A DNA stretch of 64,000 nucleotides from Mobula hypostoma (lineage: Eukaryota): NCBI RefSeq assembly GCF_963921235.1, contig NC_086097.1:104410001-104474000 (forward strand), written 5' to 3'. The notes under the pieces are model-generated. The model worked only from the letters and a program-made list of their open reading frames with translations. It was not told the DNA's origin and searched no databases. A program made the translations under genes and the position numbers. Shown here in pieces: positions 56,201-64,000 of the stretch. Each line of letters opens with the position of its first letter. Positions within the stretch are counted from its first letter, which is position 1.

Positions 56201-59200
56201 ACCCCACCCCACCTCACATCGCATCACCAATGACCACCTCACCCCACACCACAGAACCAATGACCACCCCACACCACATCACCAATGAGTACCCCATCAC
56301 ACCTCACATCGCCAATGACCAGCCCACCCCACCCCACCTCGCATCACCAATGACCACCACACCCCACCCCACCTGACATCACCAATTACCACCCCACTAC
56401 ACCCCACATCACCAATGACCACCCCACCCCACCCCACTGGCACCTCACATCACCAATGATCACCCCAGCCCATCCCATCCACTGGCACCTCACATCACCA
56501 ATGACCACCCCACCTCACCTCACAATACCAATGACCACCCCACTAACCCCACCTCACATCACCAATGACCACCACACCCCACCCCACTGGCACCTCACAT
56601 CACCAATGATCACCCCACCCCAGCCCATCCACTGGCACCTCACATCACCAATGACCACCCCACCTCACCTCACAATACCAATGACCACCCCTTTAACCCC
56701 ACCTCACATCACCAATGACCACCACACCCCACCCCACTGGCACATCACATCACCAATGATCACCCCACCCCAGCCCATCCACTGGCACCTCACATCACCA
56801 ATGACCACCCCACTAACCCCACCTCACATCACCAATGACCACCCCACCCCACCACACCAATGACCACCCCACCCCACTGACACCCCACATCACCAATGAC
56901 CACCCCACCCCACTGGCATCTCACATCACCAATGACCACCCTACCGGCACCTCACATAACATCACCAATGACCACCCCACCCCACCTCACATAACATCAC
57001 CAATGATCACCCCACCGGCACCTCACATAACATCACCAATGACCACCCCACCCCACCTCACATAACATCACCAATGACCACTCCACCCCACCTCACATAA
57101 CATCACCAATGATCACTCCACCCCACCTCACATAACATCACCAATGATCACTCCACCCCACCTCACATAACATCACCAATGACCACCCCACCCCACTCCA
57201 CTGGCACATCACATCACCAATGACCACCCCACCCCACCTCACATCACATCAACAATGATCACCCCACCCCCACACCACCTCACATCACCAATGACCACCC
57301 CACCGCACCCCACTGGCACCTCACATCACCAATGACCACCCCACCCCACCTCACATCACCAATGACCACCACACCCCACCTCACATCACATCAACAATGA
57401 TCACCCCACCCCCACACCACCTCACATCACCAATGACCACCCCACCCCACCCCACTGGCACCTCACATCACCAATGACCACCCCACCCCACCCCACTGCC
57501 ACCTCACATCACCAATGACCACCCCACCCCACCTCACTTCACCAATGACCACCACACCCCACCTCACATCACATCACCAATGACCACCACAACCCACCCC
57601 ACCCCACTGTCACCTCACATCACCAATGACCACCCCACCCCACCTCACATCACATCACCAATGACCACCACAACCCACCCCACCCCACTGCCATCTCACT
57701 TCACCAATGACCACCACACCCCACCTCACATCACATCACCAATGACCACCCCACCCCACTGTCACCTCACATCACCAATGACCACCCCACCCCACCTCAC
57801 ATCACATCACCAATGACCACCACAACCCACCCCACCCCACTGCCATCTCACATCACCAATGACCACCCCACCCCACCTCACATCACCAATGACCACCCCA
57901 CCTCACATCACATCACCAATGATTACCCCATCAGACCTCACATCGCCAATGACCAGCCCACTACACCTGACATCACCAATGACCACCCCACCCCACATCA
58001 CATCACCAATGACCACCCCACCCCACCCCACCTCACATCACCAATGTCCACCCCATCTCACCGGCACCTCACATCACCAATGACCACCCCACCTCACCTC
58101 ACAATACCAATGACCACCCCACAAACCCCCCCTCACATCACCAATGACCACCACCCCCCCCCCCACTGGCACCTCACATCACCAATGATCACCCCACCCC
58201 AGCCCATCCACTGGCACCTCACATCACCAATGACCACCCCACTAACCCCACCCCACATCACCAATGACCACCCCACCCCACCACACCAATGACCACCCCA
58301 CCCCACTGACACCCCACATCACCAATGACCACCCCACCCCACTGGCATCTCACATCACCAATGACCACCCTACCGGCACCTCACATAACATCACCAATGA
58401 CCACCCCACCCCACCTCACATAACATCACCAATGATCACCCCACCGGCACCTCACATAACATCACCAATGACCACCCCACCCCACCTCACATAACATCAC
58501 CAATGACCACTCCACCCCACCTCACATAACATCACCAATGATCACTCCACCCCACCTCACATAACATCACCAATGACCACCCCACCCCACTCCACTGGCA
58601 CATCACATCACCAATGACCACCCCACCCCACCTCACATCACATCAACAATGATCACCCCACCCCCACACCACCTCACATCACCAATGACCACCCCACCGC
58701 ACCCCACTGGCACCTCACATCACCAATGACCACCCCACCCCACCTCACATCACCAATGACCACCACACCCCACCTCACATCACATCAACAATGATCACCC
58801 CACCCCCACACCACCTCACATCACCAATGACCACCCCACCCCACCCCACTGGCACCTCACATCACCAATGACCACCCCACCCCACCCCACTGCCACCTCA
58901 CATCACCAATGACCACCCCACCCCACCTCACTTCACCAATGACCACCACACCCCACCTCACATCACATCACCAATGACCACCACAACCCACCCCACCCCA
59001 CTGTCACCTCACATCACCAATGACCACCCCACCCCACCTCACATCACATCACCAATGACCACCACAACCCACCCCACCCCACTGCCATCTCACTTCACCA
59101 ATGACCACCACACCCCACCTCACATCACATCACCAATGACCACCCCACCCCACTGTCACCTCACATCACCAATGACCACCCCACCCCACCTCACATCACA

Positions 59201-62200
59201 TCACCAATGACCACCACAACCCACCCCACCCCACTGCCATCTCACATCACCAATGACCACCCCACCCCACCTCACATCACCAATGACCACCCCACCTCAC
59301 ATCACATCACCAATGATTACCCCATCAGACCTCACATCGCCAATGACCAGCCCACTACACCTGACATCACCAATGACCACCCCACCCCACATCACATCAC
59401 CAATGACCACCCCACCCCACCCCACCTCACATCACCAATGTCCACCCCATCTCACCGGCACCTCACATCACCAATGACCACCCCACCTCACCTCACAATA
59501 CCAATGACCACCCCACTAACCCCACCTCACATCACCAATGACCACCACACCCCACCCCACTGGCACCTCACATCACCAATGATCACCCCACCCCAGCCCA
59601 TCCACTGGCACCTCACATCACCAATGACCACCCCACTAACCCCACCCCACATCACCAATGACCACCCCACCCCACCACACCAATGACCACCCCACCCCAC
59701 TGACACCCCACATCACCAATGACCACCCCACCCCACTGGCATCTCACATCACCAATGACCACCCCACCGGCACCTCACATAACATCACCAATGACCACCC
59801 CACCCCACCTCACATAACATCACCAATGATCACTCCACCCCACCACACATCACCAATGACCACCCCATCCCACCTCACATAACATCACCAATGATCACTC
59901 CACCCCACCTCACATAACATCACCAATGACCACCCCACCCCACCACACATCACCAATGACCACCCCACCCCACTGACACCCCACATCACCAATGACCACC
60001 CCACCCCACTGGCATCTCACATCACCAATGACCACCCTACCGGCACCTCACATAACATCACCAATGACCACCCCACCCCACCTCACATAACATCACCAAT
60101 GACCACCCCACCCCACCTCACATAACATCACCAATGACCACCCCATCCCACCTCACATCACCAATGACCACCCCACCCCACCTCACATAACATCACCAAT
60201 GACCACCCCACCCCACCCCACATAACATCACCAATGACCACCCCATCCCACCTCACATAACATCACCAATGATCACTCCACCCCACCTCACATAACATCA
60301 CCAATGACCACCCCATCCCACCTCACATCACCAATGACCACCCCACCCCACCTCACATAACATCACCAATGACCACCCCACCCCACCTCACATAACATCA
60401 CCAATGACCACCCCACCCCACCACACATCACCAATGACCACCCCATCCCACCTCACATAACATCACCAATGATCACTCCACCCCACCACACATCACCAAT
60501 GACCACCCCATCCCACCTCACATAACATCACCAATGATCACTCCACCCCACCACACATCACCAATGACCACCCCATCCCACCTCACATAACATCACCAAT
60601 GATCACTCCACCCCACCTCACATAACATCACCAATGACCACCCCACCCCACCACACATCACCAATGACCACCCCATCCCACCTCACATAACATCACCAAT
60701 GATCACTCCACCCCACCTCACATAACATCACCAATGACCACCCCACCCCACCACACATCACCAATGACCACCCCATCCCACCTCACATAACATCACCAAT
60801 GATCACTCCACCCCACCTCACATAACATCACCAATGACCACCCCACCCCACCACACATCACCAATGACCACCCCACCCCACCACACCAATGACCACCCCA
60901 CCCCACTGACACCCCACATCACCAATGACCACCCCACCCCACTGGCATCTCACATCACCAATGACCACCCCACCGGCACCTCACATAACATCACCAATGA
61001 TCACTCCACCCCACCTCACATAACATCACCAATGACCACCCCATCCCACCTCACATAACATCACCAATGACCACCCCACCCCACCTCACATCACATCAAC
61101 AATGATCACCCCACCCCCACACCACCTCACATCACCAATGACCACCCCACCCCACCCCACTGGCACCTCACATCACCAATGACCACCCCACCGCACCTCA
61201 CTTCACCAATGACCACCACACCCCACCTCACATCACATCACCAATGACCACCCCACCCCACCTCACATCACATCACCAATGACCACCACAACCCACCCCA
61301 CCCCACTGCCATCTCACATCACCAATGACCACCCCACCCCACCTCACATCACCAATGACCACCCCACCCCACATCACATCACCAATGACCACCCCACCCC
61401 ACCCCACCTCACATCACCAATGTCCACCCCATCTCACCGGCACCTCACATCACCAATGACCACCCCACCTCACCTCACAATACCAATGACCACCCCACTA
61501 ACCCCACCTCACATCACCAATGACCACCACACCCCACCCCACTGGCACCTCACATCACCAATGATCACCCCACCCCAGCCCATCCACTGGCACCTCACAT
61601 CACCAATGACCACCCCACTAACCCCACCCCACATCACCAATGACCACCCCACCCCACCACACATCACCAATGACCACCCCACCCTACCACACCAATGACC
61701 ACCCCACCCCACTGACACCCCACATCACCAATGACCACCCCACCCCACTGGCATCTCACATCACCAATGACCACCCTACCGGCACCTCACATAACATCAC
61801 CAATGACCACCCCACCCCACCTCACATAACATCACCAATGACCACCCCATCCCACCTCACATAACATCACCAATGATCACTCCACCCCACCTCACATCAC
61901 ATCACCAATGACCACCCCACCCCACCTCACATAACATCACCAATGATCACTCCACCCCACCTCACATAACATCACCAATGACCACCCCACCCCACCTCAC
62001 ATAACATCACCAATGACCACCCCACCCCACCTCACATCACATCACCAATGACCACCCCATCCCACCTCACATAACATCACCAATGATCACTCCACCCCAC
62101 CTCACATAACATCACCAATGACCACTCCACCCCACCTCACATAACATCACCAATGACCACCCCATCCCACCTCACATAACATCACCAATGATCACTCCAC

Positions 62201-63845
62201 CCCACCTCACATAACATCACCAATGACCACCCCATCCCACCTCACATAACATCACCAATGATCACTCCACCCCACCTCACATAACATCACCAATGACCAC
62301 CCCACCCCACTCCACTGGCACATCACATCACCAATGACCACCCCACCCCACCTCACATCACATCAACAATGATCACCCCACCCCCACCCCACCTCACATC
62401 ACATCAACAATGATCACCCCACCCCCACCCCACCTCACATCACATCACCAACAACCACCCCACCCCAGCTCACATCACCAATGACCAACCCACCCCACCC
62501 CACATCACCAATGACCACCCCACCCCACCTCACATCACCAACAACCACCCCACCCCAGCTCACATCACCAATGACCACCCCACCTCACATCACATCACCA
62601 ATGACCACCCCACCTCACATCACATCACCAACAACCACCCCACCCCAGCTCACATCACCAATGACCACCCCACCTCACATCACATCACCAATGACCACCC
62701 CACCCCACCTCACATCACATCACCAATGATTACCCCATCAGACCTCACATCGCCAATGACCAGCCCACTACACCTGACATCACCAATGACCACCCCACCC
62801 CACCTCACATCACATCACCAACAACCACCCCACCCCAGCTCACATCACCAATGACCACCCCACCCCACATCACATCACATCACCAATGACCACCCCACCC
62901 CACCTCACATCACCAATGACCACCCCACCCCACCTCACATCACATCACCAATGACCACCCCACCCCACCTCACATCACATCACCAACAACCACCCCACCC
63001 CAGCTCACATCACCAATGACCACCCCACCCCACCTCACATCACATCACCAACAACCACCCCACCCCAGCTCACATCACCAATGACCACCCCACCCCAGCT
63101 CACATCACCAATGACCACCACACCCCACCTCACATCACATCACCAATGACCACCCCACCCCACATCACCAATGACCAACCCACCCCACCCCACCAGCACC
63201 TCACATCACCAATGACCACCCCACCCCACCTCACATCACATCACCAATGATTACCCCATCAGACCTCACATCGCCAATGACCACCCCACCCCACCTCACA
63301 TCACATCACCAATGATTACCCCATCAGACCTCACATCGCCAATGACCACCCCACCCCACCTCACATCACATCACCAATGATTACCCCATCAGACCTCACA
63401 TCGCCAATGACCACCCCACCCCACCTCACATCACATCACCAATGATTACCCCATCAGACCTCACATCGCCAATGACCAGCCCACTACACCTGACATCACC
63501 AATGACCACCCCACCCCACCCCACATCACATCACCAATGACCACCCCACCCCACCTCACATCACCAATGACCACCCCACCCCACCCCACCTCACATCACC
63601 AATGACCACCCCATCTCACCGGCACCTCACATCACCAATCACCACCCCACCTCACCTCACATCACCAATCACCACCCCACCCCACCTCACATCACCAATG
63701 ACCACCCCACCCCACATCACATCACCAATCACCACCCCACCCCACCTCACATCACCAATGACCACCCCATCTCACCCCACCTCACATCACCAATCACCAC
63801 CCCACCCCACATCACATCACCAATGACCACCCCACCGCACCTCAC
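38271..63845. repeat. ~25.6-kb C/A-rich variable-unit tandem array: anchor cacatcaccaatgaccac plus (cccac)n and optional tggcacct / cagcacct / cacat modules; units ~25-45 bp
   Basis: Directly visible. G is rare on the + strand. Local higher-order duplications show up as identical ORF translations (42997/43369, 57580/58974). Confidence 0.98.
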
Positions 63846-64000
63846 GTAGAGCCACTGCCTTACAGCACCAATGACGCTGGTGCAATGTGTGTACAGCTTT
63901 CCCTTCTCTCCGTGACCATGGGGCTTTCCTCCAGCTGTCCAGCTCCTTCTCACATCCTAAAGAGGTGCCGGCTGCTGGGGCAATGAGCCCCATCTAGTGT
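63846..64000 (+). mobile_element. Degenerate tRNA-derived V-SINE (HE1-like) fragment
   Basis: gtagagccactgccttacagcacca...tgtgtgtacagctttcccttctctccgtgaccatggggctttcctccagctgtccagctccttctcacatcctaaaga resembles the recalled V-SINE core (tgtgtggagtttgcacgttctccccgtgactgcgtgggtttcctccgggtgctccggtttcctcccacatcccaaaga). Confidence 0.65.

Noticed and set aside
38312..63826. Pro/His/Thr-rich mucin- or extensin-like ORFs
   Set aside because: Short translations of the C/A-rich repeat, interrupted by TGA in nearly every unit, with no consistent frame.
553..63845. Immunoglobulin switch-region-like system (GAGCT in ~49-bp units, GGGGT pentamers, nearby Ig-domain exons)
   Set aside because: The exons are split I-set half-domains matching papilin, not IgH constant exons. 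GAGCT is present in only part of the units, the two motifs are in separate arrays, and no V/J segments or RSS were seen.
38271..63845. Telomeric repeat
   Set aside because: Not (CCCTAA)n, and unique or SINE sequence resumes at 63846.

Overview
Eukaryotic (vertebrate, probably cartilaginous-fish) genomic DNA; no prokaryotic genes. The whole window appears to lie inside one minus-strand gene, a papilin (PAPLN) orthologue. Two consecutive Ig-domain exons are present: 30877-30750 (HSKLSDDSLVISKVQQQDAGLYTCQASNGRDQDVRQVELKVQ) and 413-305 (ELEITEPPRNLDVTLGGRAELSCVVSDNRAHVRWT). They join in phase across a ~30.3-kb GT-AG intron; the second exon is missed by the ORF track. About 80% of the window is two unrelated ~25-kb intronic tandem arrays. 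The first is a CpG-rich, internally palindromic 47-51-bp repeat with higher-order structure (~553-25474). The second is a C/A-rich, pentamer-built repeat (~38271-63845) that is G-rich on the transcribed strand. The ~13 kb between them holds nested CR1 and Rex1/Babar-type LINE pieces, a Tc1-like relic and three small minisatellites; a V-SINE-like fragment ends the window. The many long ORFs in the track are repeat artefacts. I cannot demonstrate a new biological system. The most testable oddities are splice-signal mimicry by both arrays on the papilin sense strand, stop-poor antisense frames in array 1, and minisatellites apparently born from transposon sequence. All family assignments come from recognised motifs, not database searches; TE boundaries are approximate.
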